Positions 25,112 through 37,057 of a DNA stretch of 54,693 nucleotides are shown in pieces; position 1 is the first letter of the stretch, and each line of letters opens with the position of its first letter. The stretch is from assembly GCA_032718475.1 (NCBI GenBank), contig JAUCBJ010008250.1:1-54693 (forward strand), read 5' to 3'. Under the pieces are notes generated by a model, which did no database searches, was not told the DNA's origin, and saw nothing but the letters and a program-made list of their open reading frames with translations. Both the position numbers and the translations under genes were made by a program. The stretch comes from Nemertoderma westbladi (taxonomy: Eukaryota > Animalia > Xenacoelomorpha).

Positions 25112-25837
25112 CTAAATCCAAATCTTCATTTCAACTCGAGAAGCCGGATTCCAATCAGTAAAAGGAACCCAATAAGGTCCTTTTGGCCACTCCCCACCAT
25201 ATTCTCCGTTCAAGTTACTGAACGCCGCGCAGTCCTTGTACCACCACGCCCCAGTACTAAATACGGCGCAGTTGCCGGAGTCGTTCTCGTCATTATCGCG
25301 GTCCTTGGTGGTGAATGGGAAACCGTTGTGATAATCCAAAGAGTCACCAGCAGTACCATGGTAACCGGATACATGTAGGGTGTAATTAGTTAAAGCTGAT
25401 CCGATAGAGAAGTTGTTGTATTCCGCGTATAGGTGTTCGTTGGTGTAATTCACCCGCTGGTCGGTTTTAACATCCCACCCCCATCCAGTGTACCACAAAT
25501 CGACTCTCAACTTCACCCCGTCTTCACTCAGCTTGTGGATCGCCTCCAACCCCATCCAAAAATTTGTATTCGAGTCGCCAAATCCTTCAACATATTCATC
25601 CCAGTTTTGATAGAAGTCAACAGATCTATCAACTCTTTGTTGAATCTTTATCTCCGGACCATCAACTGTTTGTTGAATCTTTATCTCCTGCCCAAACAAG
25701 AATTTGGTAAAGAAACTAACATCGTTCTTTAGCTCATCGACTTGGTTAGTTAAGGTTGTATTTATATCGATTACTTGGTCACTCAACTGTGTAATATTTT
25801 CTTTCAACTCTGTATTCTGTTCTTCCAATTCTGTAAC
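25112..25837 (-). CDS. Fibrinogen-related domain (FReD) protein, last exon (coiled coil plus fibrinogen C-terminal domain)
   Basis: Acceptor AACAG|GTT at 25837; IQQRVDRSVDFYQNWDEYVEGFG, FWMGLEAIH, GDSLDYHNGFPFTTKDRDND, NCA...GAWWYKDC...SNLNG, VEMKI. Confidence 0.93.
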   Translation of the reverse strand, partial: VTELEEQNTELKENITQLSDQVIDINTTLTNQVDELKNDVSFFTKFLFGQEIKIQQTVDGPEIKIQQRVDRSVDFYQNWDEYVEGFGDSNTNFWMGLEAIHKLSEDGVKLRVDLWYTGWGWDVKTDQRVNYTNEHLYAEYNNFSIGSALTNYTLHVSGYHGTAGDSLDYHNGFPFTTKDRDNDENDSGNCAVFSTGAWWYKDCAAFSNLNGEYGGEWPKGPYWVPFTDWNPASRVEMKIWI

Positions 25838-26397
25838 CTGTTAGGAAATATTTTTATTAGAAATATTAGTGAATACCGTTGAGTGAGGGGGTGTGAGATC
25901 CGGTAAGATTTATGGAAAGATCCATTCCGATTCCTTTTAGAGTGCGGGCCTATGGAATTATAGATGTTTTTTAATAACGAATTCAACTCAACTTTTCACC
26001 ACTTACAATATCTATGAAATCGCATGAAATTAAATTTAGCAAATAATTATGTTACAAATGATTAAGGCGGCAGTGTGGCGCACATGAGGTTCAAATGAGA
26101 AAGAGTTACAAATTTTGAAAAGGGCACTGTGCCGCCTTTATGTGGGCTAGTATAATTAGTGATGTCTGCTTTATATAAAAATCTTTGGGACGATAAGAAA
26201 TTAAGCATTAAGCCTTTGTTCAGATCATATTTATTGGGAAGAAAAATATTATTGATTGTACATTGGTTACATTGTTCACTACTTATTCCTCCCAGTCCAA
26301 TCATTACTGGTGAATCTGAGTTTAATGATGAAAAAGTGCGATTCAATACTGCGGATATAAAATAATAATAATAATTTAATATAACTAATACACTTAC

Positions 26398-26427
26398 ATT
26401 AACGGCTCCACATTGTCCATCATTTGC
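26398..26427 (-). CDS. FReD gene 30 nt microexon (ANDGQCGAVN)
   Basis: TTACAG|GCA...AAT|GTAAGT consensus splice sites, phase 0-0, in frame with both neighbouring exons. Confidence 0.75.
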
Positions 26428-27257
26428 CTGTAATAATAAATAAATTATAAATAGCTATTGATGAAAGAATAATATGGTATAATATGGTATAATATGGAAT
26501 AATATGGTATAATATGGTATAATATGGAATAATATGGTATAATATGATATAATATGGAATAATGTGGTATTGTTTTTAAGTGGTTAAGTTATTAAGTGTT
26601 ACTGTATGATCGCTAATATTATTTTACATGCTTCTCCAAAAAGTGGGAGTGGCAGAAAATTTTGAAATGTCCACCGCATTACAATATTACAAGGAATCTG
26701 ATATGAGTTTGGAGGACAACTGATAAGAGCTGGGGACAACTTATATGAGCTGGGGGACAACTGATAAGAGCTGGGGACAACTTATATGAGCTGGGGACAA
26801 CTGATATGAGCTGAGGATAAACTGGCTGATTATAGTGTGGGGACAACGGGAGTGCAAACATGGACATGGGAATAAAACGTGGACCGGGAAACAGACATGG
26901 GTGGACAGACGGATATCCAACGCGACATGGGGAGGCCTGTTGTGGACAAGGGAACACCAAATGGTCGGAGACGCGGATAACCTATACGGACAACTGGACA
27001 ACCAAAAAGGACAACTGGACACCCAATATGGATATTCCAACACAGAATAGCAAACTAGTCTGCAATACTCGACAAAAACAAAAATAAATCCTGAATTGAA
27101 TAAATAACAGACGGTTGGTGAGGAACTGGCTATTGGCTACAGTCATATCTGCGCTGTCACTCTCTTTAGGATGCTAACCTTTTATTTAGGTAATGGAATT
27201 ATTCTGTGAGAAAACGTTTCTCTGCTTTGTAGAATAAATCAAACACTATTTTTATAG

Positions 27258-27502
27258 CAAAAAAGCAAAGCAAACAGTCGGCCGAAGCCGGAGGCGACCC
27301 GAAGGCTCCTCTTTCGATAGCTGCTACCCGAGGGTAGGGGTGGGCGCTACTCCTATCCCGAGATTTGCTCCCAGTTATTTAACTGGTACTCATTTTATCG
27401 ACCCCAGTGGATGAAAGGCTGAGTGGACCCTGTGGAACCTGAGTGGAACCTAGAACCATTAGATTGCAGGCCCGGCGCTCAACCAACTGAGCTACCCCGC
27501 CT
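27258..27502 (-). mobile_element. tRNA-derived SINE with Deu/Nin-like central domain, 11 bp TSD
   Basis: Head GGCGGGGTAGCTCAGTTGGTTGAGCG (A box); core CTCAGCCTTTCATCC..GGGGTCGATAAAATGAGTACCAG; TATTTTTATAG at 27247-27257 and 27503-27513; absent from copy A (~3180). Confidence 0.88.
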
Positions 27503-27604
27503 TATTTTTATAGAGGAGGGTTATATTATCACAGCAAATTATTAAATGAAAAATTACGATAAAAAAGCTAAATGAATACTTTATGAATTAAATAATAAAC
27601 TAAC

Positions 27605-27784
27605 CTGTTCTAGAATCAAACCGGATTTAGTTCCATTGTTTCCATCGTCACATAAGGGAACATCCAACCCAAAGTTGCTGAGGTACAGCTTCCCTTCTTT
27701 ATCGCCGCAGACGCCTGTTGGATTTACTGGCGAAAGGAAAAGAGCTGACAGCAGAGAAAATAGTTTAAAACTTACCGGTAACAT
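27605..27784 (-). CDS. FReD gene exon 1 (signal peptide)
   Basis: MLPVSFKLFSLLSALFLSPVNPTGVCG...LILEQ|GTTAGT; 180 nt, phase 0. With the other two exons it gives a 311 aa secreted protein. Confidence 0.65.
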
Positions 27785-28750
27785 TTTTACAGTATTTGTA
27801 AATAACTTGTAACTAAAGTTAAGATAATTTTCTGTTAAAGAATGTTTTTAATGCCCTAAAAATCCTCCTATTTATACACTTTTGACAAAGGCAATTACTT
27901 ATGCAATAAATAAAGTCTCACAAAGGCAATCAAAGGCGGCAACTATTAAAACCTTTATAGAACAATTATTAGTAACTACCTTAGTGTAGATACCATTGTA
28001 TGTAATTTATCACTTTAAACTACATTCTTATGGTTAAAAGTTAGAGACAGACTGCCTGGCGCCTGGCTATCCATTACAGACAGGCTGTTGGCGCTTAGCT
28101 ACCAGTAACAAACATACTGCTGGCGCCTGTCTGCCAGTTACAGACAGGCGCGTCGCAGCGGTGTAAAGGATTTATCGTGCCTTTCAGCACAATACGATCC
28201 TAAGCGGCTTTTTAAGTATCTCAAAAATAATTCCTAATGTTAATACACTCGTTTACTGTTTTGGTTTCTCCTCGGCGGAAAGACTGACTTGAAAATAGCT
28301 CGCATAGAACACGGAAAAAGGAGAAACCGGATGAGGGGTGGTTTGGGTCCGTTAGGAACCAAAGTATAAAATCGAAAAGTTATACAATCCAAATAATTGT
28401 AACCAAAAGTATAATACACAAAATGTAGTATTTTAGTCGTTTCTGGACTAAAATACTAACAGTCTAAAATATTCAACAGTCTAACAGGTCTAAAATGAAA
28501 ATAGGTGGCTAAAACAGTCATAATAAACTTGGTGCAGCTTCACGCTATTGCAAGCTGCTGCTTTGTCCTACGACTTAGAGGATTGACCGAAGGTCGCTCC
28601 AATGAGTCTGCGGGCAGCCAGAGTGCGCAAGTTCTAGAGGGCTGGTTGGCCAAATGCTCGGTTGTCAGCGGGAACTACCCACGCTTCTAAGCTCCACCGA
28701 TACTAGGCGAAGTAAAGGTGAGTATAGGTACAGTCCAGCCCAACTGCTGA

Positions 28751-28860
28751 CTACTGTATATCGGTAAGTGTTAGCCTACACTACTCTATATCGGTAAGTG
28801 TTAGCTTACACTACTGTAAATCGGTAAGTGTTAGCTTACACTACTGTATATCGGTAAGTG
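28751..28860. repeat. 30 bp tandem repeat (~4 units), specific to copy B
   Basis: CTACTGTATATCGGTAAGTGTTAGCYTACA units between two copies of a ~48 bp flanking sequence. Confidence 0.8.
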
Positions 28861-29469
28861 TAGGCGAAGTAAAGATGAGTATAGGTACAGTCCAGCCCAA
28901 CTGCTGACCAAGATAGCGTGACAGGGGCTGCAATCTACAAGTCGAGTTTTTCTCACTGCTGAATTCGTGAAATGTGGCCTCTTATAAACCCGGTGTTTGG
29001 GGTCTATATGGAGTTGACCCCTAATTATCACTTGCTAAGGATAGTGGTCTTTCATTAGCAAGGATCTGTTAAATACACGTTAAATTATGATTAATATTGA
29101 CTGGCAAACTGACCAATAATCGTATACACTGCAACTTTATGTTATAGAGATCTCTTTGATTCTCTGAAGAGATTCTCTCCCATTGGGTAAATGTTATTGG
29201 GAGAGAGGCCAGGGTGATGTTACAATGTTGCTACTGCGGTGGGTTTATTAGTGATTAGGGGTGACTGTGAAGGACAAGGCCGATGCATATTGGATGGCAA
29301 ATGGGTGAGGCTTGAATTAAGGAATGCGGATGGCGATAATATGGGAAATATTATTATACTGTATCTAAATTAGAATTACGAGGGACTGTAGATTTTATAG
29401 TGCTTCCTACGAAGGCGTGAAAATCGATTACAAGCGGTTACATCGCGTTTCGGCAACTGTCGCGTTCTA

Positions 29470-30970
29470 CAACTACTACTACTACAATCAGCATGCTGCA
29501 TTGCAGCTGCGGCTGTCGACAAAATTGTGCCGCCACAACTCCCTATCACCCATGACATTTGCTAGTTCATCCGCAACTTTAAGGCCAGTGTCTTTTAAGA
29601 TGCCACTCTAGAAAGTCATGGGCTGTCCACCATGCTTATTCGCTCAATAAGGCCGCCACAGCACAAAATTATACATTGGCTGGTCCTCACGGCGAATGCA
29701 ATGTCCTGCAAAGCGGAGGCGGTTCCGTTCATGTTTCAAGCTAAGGGAGAGTAATTGAACATATCTAATGTTTTATAGAGTCCGATTGAAGATGTGTTCA
29801 TTGTACTTGACACAATGAACCCGGCGCAGAATTCTTTTGAATGTGCCATCCAGAGATATGGTATCCTCTGCAGTTAGAGCCCAGCATGGACTCCCATAAG
29901 AGTATTGGTACTACTACTGCCATAAATAATCGAACCTTAAGGTTCCCAAGTATGCAAGTAGCAGAAGTCATCTACGTGCTCAGCTCAAGCAAGCCATACT
30001 TGGATCTTATGCCATTACGATCAGACATTTCTTAAGGGCTGTCTAGGTTGACTGTAATGATTTTAGTCTCTTGGAATTTACAAAAAAAAACACTAGAAGC
30101 AACCTGCTCCAATGGGTAGGGGAGCCTTTGGGCACCCTCTAGTGATTCTAACAGTACCCCTAAGTCATCAGCAAAGTCTAGATCAGTAAGGTACTTTGCT
30201 GGATTTCCTCTACTTCTTGTGCCAGTAGGGGGTGTTACCGTCACCCCATCCTTATTAAGATGATCTATGGACAAGCGTAGAACATAATCAACAACAATTA
30301 CGAATAAGAATGGCGCAAGTGTGTCAACCTGAAGGACTCCCCATAAGACTTCGAATGGATCTGTGTCACCATCAGCAGTAGACACAAATGTGGTGGGACC
30401 ATCGCACAGTGATCTGATAGCTGCAATAATTTCCTCAGAAATCCCATATGATGCAAGTATGCTGAACATACGTGGTCGGGAGACTGAAGTCCTTAAAGAA
30501 GTCAACAAAGATAATAGCCAGTTGTCTGTCTTTCTTTATCGATAACTCTTCGATTATCCATCAGAGTGCCAGAATAGACTCCATCATCCCACGACCTTTA
30601 CGGAACCCATTTTGGTTCCCACGTAACAGTCTCTCAACAGGATCCCTGATGCGATTTAATAGAATTCTGTTGTATAGCTTTGAAGCAATCGAGATTAGTG
30701 ACATTTTAGATTCCTCTAAAAGATCCACGGGTTGTTAGGTAGCCCTTCTTTGGGTTTGGGACCAACTTATTTGTTTTCAGTTCTTGAAGGACTCTCTTTG
30801 TCCTATACATGTCCACAATTGGGGTGAATGAGCTCCAAGCACTGAGGAATTTTAAAGACCTCAGGGGGCACGTCATCTACTCCACTGGCACGATTCAGAT
30901 ACACGATGTACCTCAAAGTTATCAGGCAATACCCTTTCTTTGTTTAGAAGCTTCTCAAAGTGGTCCTTCC
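29470..30970 (-). mobile_element. Degenerate RTE-like LINE, duplicate of 6905-8590
   Basis: Same motifs and the same QVDTL lesion, with additional internal deletions. Confidence 0.85.
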
Positions 30971-31902
30971 AACCGTCCAACTGTCAACCTATTTTCTTTA
31001 TATTCTCCTATATTCTTCTCTTTTTTTGACTAGATTATTTTTTCGTACTGATAATGTTTTTAGCCGTTTGGCAAACAATACATTTTTTGAGTGTATAAAC
31101 CGGGCTTAAGGAAATATCTAACCCGCACTTGATGTGCTACAACTTCCCTTCTTTGTCGCCGCAGACGCCTGTTGGATTTACTGGCGAAAGGAAAAGACCT
31201 GATGCAATCAATAAAGTATCATAAAGGCAATCAAAGGCGGCAATTATTAAAAACTTTATAGAACAATTATTAGTAACTACCTTAGTATAGATACCACTGT
31301 GTGTTAGTTATCACTTTAAATTACATTCTTATGATTATCGGTCACAGACAGATACACCGCGTTATGGCAACTGTTGCGTTCGGCAAGAGTCGTGATTCGG
31401 CAATAAAGTTACGTTTCGGCAAAAAAGATGCATTTCGGCAAAAAGTCGCAATTTGGAAAAAGTCACGATTCAGCAATACAATTTGCGTTTAGGCAAAATA
31501 TTTGCGTTTCGGCAAAAAAAGTCGCAATAAAAAGTCGCAATTTGGTAAAAAGTCGCGATTCAGAAATAAAATTTCCGTTTCGGCAAAAATTTGCGTTTCG
31601 GCAAAAAATTCGCGTTTCGACAAAAAGATGCGTTTCGACAAAAAAGTAGCATTGCGTAATTTTTGTTTGTTTTTTTTTTGGTGGGGGGGGGGGGGGGGGG
31701 GTGGGGGTGGTGGCGCCTCAATAACGACAACAATTGCAGGATATGATGTATAGTATAAATTACTATTACATTATACTGTATAATGAATCTTTAATCTACA
31801 TAGTGGTGTACTGTTAAGTAACTGTATTGTAGTTACTGTTACTGTAGTTACTGCTACTTATTGTAGTTACTGTTTATCCATTATCAAATAGTCAGGATGT
31901 GT

Positions 31903-32424
31903 GGGGCGAGCCACGAAGTTGGCGGAGCCTTAGCGAATTGACACTGTTAGGGGGTGGGTCAATTTATGCAAATAGTTGTCGTCGTCGTCGTTGTCGTCGT
32001 CGTCGTCGTTGTCGTCGTCGTTACGATTTTGACATGCTAATAACTTTGTCGGATTTAAAGCTGCCAAGTTGAAAATTTGTAGGTATCAATATGAGCAAAA
32101 GTTGAGATTTTTGAGAGACTTTCAGACACCATCAGTGCAATGGTCTCCCGCTAGAGGGCCACATGTCTAAACATTAAATGCCCTCCCATTTCTTTGCTTT
32201 TAATCCGTTTAAGCTGAAACTTGGCAGATATGTATTAGACCATTAGCTGTGACTTTCAAAGGAGGCGAATCCATCTGCGGTTCTCCAGTCTGCCGCTAGA
32301 GGGCCAAAGGTCTGAAAGTGAAAACAACTAACGACGACAACTATTTGCATAAATTGACCCACCCCCTAACAGTGTCAATTCGCTAAGGCTTCGCCAACTT
32401 CGTGCTGCGCGAAGTCCCCACTTC
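31903..32424 (+). mobile_element. Non-autonomous element with ~73 bp subterminal inverted repeats, (GTC)n microsatellite and 3' hairpin (Helentron-associated or Crypton-like)
   Basis: Absent from copy A (~9815); flanked by GTGT on both sides; inverted repeat 31912-31984 / 32332-32404; hairpin CGAAGT-CCCC-ACTTCG; related end at ~12494-12520. Confidence 0.75.
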
Positions 32425-35055
32425 GTGTATTATTATTGTTCTCCATTGTTGCTCGTTGTGGCTCAAATTTTTAATTTTTTTCAAATTTGGACCTAATTAG
32501 CCTAATTTATTCAAAATAAATTAAATCACTAATTCTTCCTTAATATTACAGTATTAAAATTTATTTTAAATCTGGGCTGCAAAACGTGTAGAAGAGTCGG
32601 TCTAATACAAAACATCCGTACAGACAAAAATTGACAACTTGTTTCGTTGTCATTTTAGCTGCGATTTTTCAAATTAGTGGCTCATAATTTTCAAAATTTG
32701 TTAAAACACACCCAAATTTGGAACATACTTTGTTATAAAACAAGTTTACTTCAAAAATTTGAAACATTCTTTGTAGTGTATCTGCAACACATCCCAAATA
32801 ACGTACAGTATGTGCAAAAAATGAGAATATTTCAACCATCACCTGGTGGAACCTTATCATTTTTGGTGCTAAAAAAATGAAGCTGAGTAAATCGATCTAA
32901 AGTTTTCAGGAACAATTTAAGTGATAAGTTGGTTTTAATCTGCCATAACTTTTGCTTTTATTAAATCGCACAGCATCTTTAATACAAATTTAAAGGCCCT
33001 GCAAGACTTTGTTGCCACAGTAATGTAAAATATAAATAATTAATGTGAAATAAAACAGTTACGGCCCCCACTGCAAGAGGGACAGTGGCTGTCCTTTAGT
33101 CCTCCAACCAGGGCCTAACACAATAACAATAACTGAAATAGTGAAAAATTGAAGCTGAATTGAATTTGGGTAAAGCAATAGGGTCCCGGACCTAATGTCT
33201 CGGTACATGCCGTATTTTACATTAATAGCACAGAAAGCATCACGTAACGACATAGAGACTTCATTCAGAGAATTTATTGAAATAAATGTAGAAAAAAATA
33301 CTTATAAAATACTGCAATTATAGCATGTAAATAAATAAATATTTTATTTAATTATATTTAAGAATCTGAATGGCTTGGCACCGCACATCTCATCGTAATT
33401 ACTAATGCTCTCTCCCATACATGATGGATCGATAAGAGGTGGAGTTTTAATATTACAGTATTATAATTTATTTTAAATCTGGGGTACAAAACGTGTAGAA
33501 GAGTCGGAATATTCTAGAATTCGATGATATTATCCAATTGAACAAATGAAAAAAATTAAAAATTATTATTCTCTAAAAATTATTCTGAAATATACAATTA
33601 AATAAGAATTAAGTAAGCAGGACCAAACAGTAAATTTAATTTCTACAATTTCTTTCAAATAGCCCATACGGGATTTACTCAATCTGCTTATGTAGATTGG
33701 AATCATTTAATTTTTAGGTTTTCCCTGCTGACTCTCGATGACCACTGACTGACAGGTGTTTTATAAGAATTGGACTTATCGATATCAATAATGGATATAG
33801 TTTTATTGGATAAGTCCCAGGAGATGTGAGACGGACAACCTAGTTTCGGGTCAAAGAAACAAAAAAGTTGGTGGGATTTACAATATTTTATTATATTAAT
33901 TATTATTTAATCCGTTGTTTCTGTTGACTATTTATATCACATTAAATAATCTTTTTAGATCCATAAAGATATAAACAGTCCGACGAAAGCTACATTATTG
34001 CCATAGTAAATCACATATCAGTATACAATAGTTTACTGCGAAATATTTTTATAGGGGTGGTAAATACCACCACCACTACCATCCCCTTTGGTACGCCCTT
34101 GCTACATTGTTTTAGGAAGGTGAGTTAGACACACACCCTGTGTTATAGTAGACTTACTGGCGCAGAGACCGTCCGCAGTCCCTCGGTAACCATGGATACA
34201 ATGACAATCCTCTTTCTCTATTATTCGTTTCTCGAATTCCTTGAATTCAACGGATTCTTTATCAATATCGGGTTCGCCACAGAAACAGTTTGGGTTACCA
34301 TAGTTACATTCAACACCTAATATATAATATATTTTATTGTTAAAATTTACATTATTTACCGCTCGGTCAATGGGCTAGCGGTAAATAAGATTTGCATTAT
34401 TTACCGATCAGTCAATGGGCTAGCGGTAAATAAAATTTGCATTATTTACCAGGTAAATGAAGAAGTCAACTTTGCACTGTAATAAATACTATTCTGTGGC
34501 ATTTTATTTATTTAACATGTTTAACATGTAACATTAACATGTATATTATTTAACCCAAACCCCCACATACGTTATGTGAACGCGCCTTAATCTTCAAATA
34601 AATAATATGTTGCAGAATATTGTGTATTTATTAAATATAATAAATGGCCTGCCCTGCAGGCTGTAACGAATGCAAATACCTGCACTTTTTGAAGGCCCAT
34701 ATCTCAGATATTTCTCAACGACATTAACAGTTATTTACAAATTTGTAATCCTTTCAACGACACCTTTCAATTGGTATCAACAAATCACAATAAGGACGAA
34801 CAATAATTGCGGTGTGTAATTACTTATTGAACAATAGTATCTTTTAATAATTATGATAATAAGTATGATTATAACAATAAAATAACATATTGTCCGGTTA
34901 ATAAAACAATTATTAACTTTTTCGTCCTTCGAACTGACTTATTTACCTCCCTCGCTGCGCTCGGTCGGTAATTAACAGTTCTCGGGACGAACATTAAGTA
35001 AAGCATATTTTATTTACCGTACAATAAATAGTTATATTTATATATTTATGTAAAA

Positions 35056-35940
35056 TCAATAACAAATACACCAAACAATGTATGTAGGTAATTTTTTTAG
35101 CTTTCCATGTGTTGGTTGCCAGAGAAGTATATCTAGTATAACCTCGTCTTTACTTCTCCAGCAGTGCCCACTGAATCTTAATCTGCGTTCACGGAGGGTG
35201 GTTGATACAGGTGGTATTGTACCATAAAGCTCGGCGTTTGTCATGTGTTGTATCCAGCTGATGTTTAGGGCTGCCCTTAGTAGTCTTTTGTTGCAACCAT
35301 CAATTCGTTGTTCAAGTAATTTAGTCAGTGTCCAGGTCTCACCCCCGTATAAAAATACACTTTCCACTGTGGCTCGAAAGAACTTAGTCTTCAGGTGCCT
35401 GGAGAGATCTGATTTCCAGATGGTATCCATTTTTGATAGAGCTACCCAAGCCTTTGCTTTCCTAACTTCTATGTCCTTTTTGCTACTCTCTATCCATGAT
35501 CCAAGGTACTGGAAGTCATCGACCTTCCTTAGTTGATTATTATCAATGGTTGTCAAGTTTCCATCAATATTAAAGAATGGTCATGAATTCGGTCTTGGTA
35601 GCATTTATATGCAATCCAACCTCCTCAGCAGCCCTCTCCACTTTATTCAGTAGAAACTGTGCATCTGCTGGCGTATTAGAGAGCAGGGCGATGTCATCCG
35701 CAAAGTCTGTGTCTGTGACTGTAGTTGCCGGATATTTACTACTTCTGCGTTCTTGAAGTGTGAATCCCAGATCTTCTCCCTTTATGGCCGTCCTCATTGT
35801 GTAATCCAGTACAATTATAAATAGTAATGGTGCTAATGTATCACCTTGCAGTACGCCAGCCAGGATTGAGAATGACTCTCACCATCTGGTGAGAGAACCT
35901 GAGCATCTGTGTCACAATATAATAATCTAATGCCAGCCAC
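35056..35940 (-). mobile_element. Second RTE-like LINE fragment (RT C-terminal half), frameshifted
   Basis: GVLQGDTLAPLLF, DTDFADD, FQYLGSWI, RRLRFSGHCWR. Confidence 0.85.
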
Positions 35941-36159
35941 AATTACAATAAATACAAACCAATAGGTTAGGATTTGGGATACTAACGCTCACAGATTGGT
36001 TGGCTTGCGCTCAATGGATTCGCGACGGCGTAACCACCGAGACATTTACAAGACGATCCGATACATTGTTTGATACAGTTACCCTCAGCATTGCGGGCGC
36101 ACCGTTCTAGAACAAAGAAATGAGTCATTAGGGCTACAGTAACCTAATTTGTACAGGTG

Positions 36160-37057
36160 TACAACCAGTAGCCCAACCTGTACACCTAGTAACCCAACCT
36201 ATACACCCAGTAACCCAACCAATACACCCAGTAACCCAACCTGTACACCCAGTAACCCAGCCTATACACCCAGTAACCCAACCAATACACCCAGTAACCC
36301 AACCTGTACACCCAGTAACCCTGGATATACACCCAGTAACCCAACTTGTACACCCAGTAACCCAACCTATACACCCAGTAACCCAACCTTTACACCCAGT
36401 AACCCAACTTATACACCCAGTAACCCAACCTATACACCCAGTAACCCAACCTATACACCCAGTAACCCAACCTGTACACGCAGTAACCTATACACCTAGT
36501 AACCCAACCTATACACCCAGTAACCCAACCTATACACCCAGTAACCCAACATATACACCCAGTAACCCATCCTGTACACCCAGCAACCTATACACCTAGT
36601 AACCCAACCTATACACCCAGTAACCCAACCTATACACCCAGTAACCCAACCAATACACCCAGCAACCCAACCTGTACACCCAGTAACCCAGCCTATACAC
36701 CCAGTAACCCAACCAATACACCCAGTAACCCAACCTGTACACCCAGTAACCCAGCCTATACACCCAGTAACCCAACTTGTACACCCAGTAACCCAACCTA
36801 TACACCCAGTAACCCAACCTATACACCCAGTAACCCAACTTATACACCCAGTAACCCAACCTATACACCCAGTAACCCAACCTATACACCCAGTAACCCA
36901 ACCTGTGCACCCAGCAACCTATACACCTAGTAACCCAACCTATACACCCAGTAACCCAACCTATACACCCAGTAACCCAACCTATACGTATACACCCAGT
37001 AACCCAACCTGTACACCCAGCAACCTATACACCTAGTAACCCAACCAATACACCTAG
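36160..37057. repeat. 21 bp minisatellite ACACCCAGTAACCCAACCTAT (~40 units)
   Basis: Units visible directly; the array ends abruptly at the BEL LTR. Confidence 0.95.

Larger units (their letters stand above)
26470..34047 (+). repeat. Segmental duplication, copy B
   Basis: Colinear with 2500-10529. It starts in a 10 bp AATATGGWAT array and ends a few codons inside the Ly6 last exon. Confidence 0.95.

Noticed and set aside
27430-27502. Functional tRNA gene (also 52048-52125)
   Set aside because: Acceptor and T stems are not intact, and the first is the head of a TSD-flanked SINE.
36149-36910. Mucin-like (TPSNPTY)n and (LGYWVYR)n ORFs
   Set aside because: They are translations of a 21 bp minisatellite, with frame-breaking 16 bp variants and no proper start.
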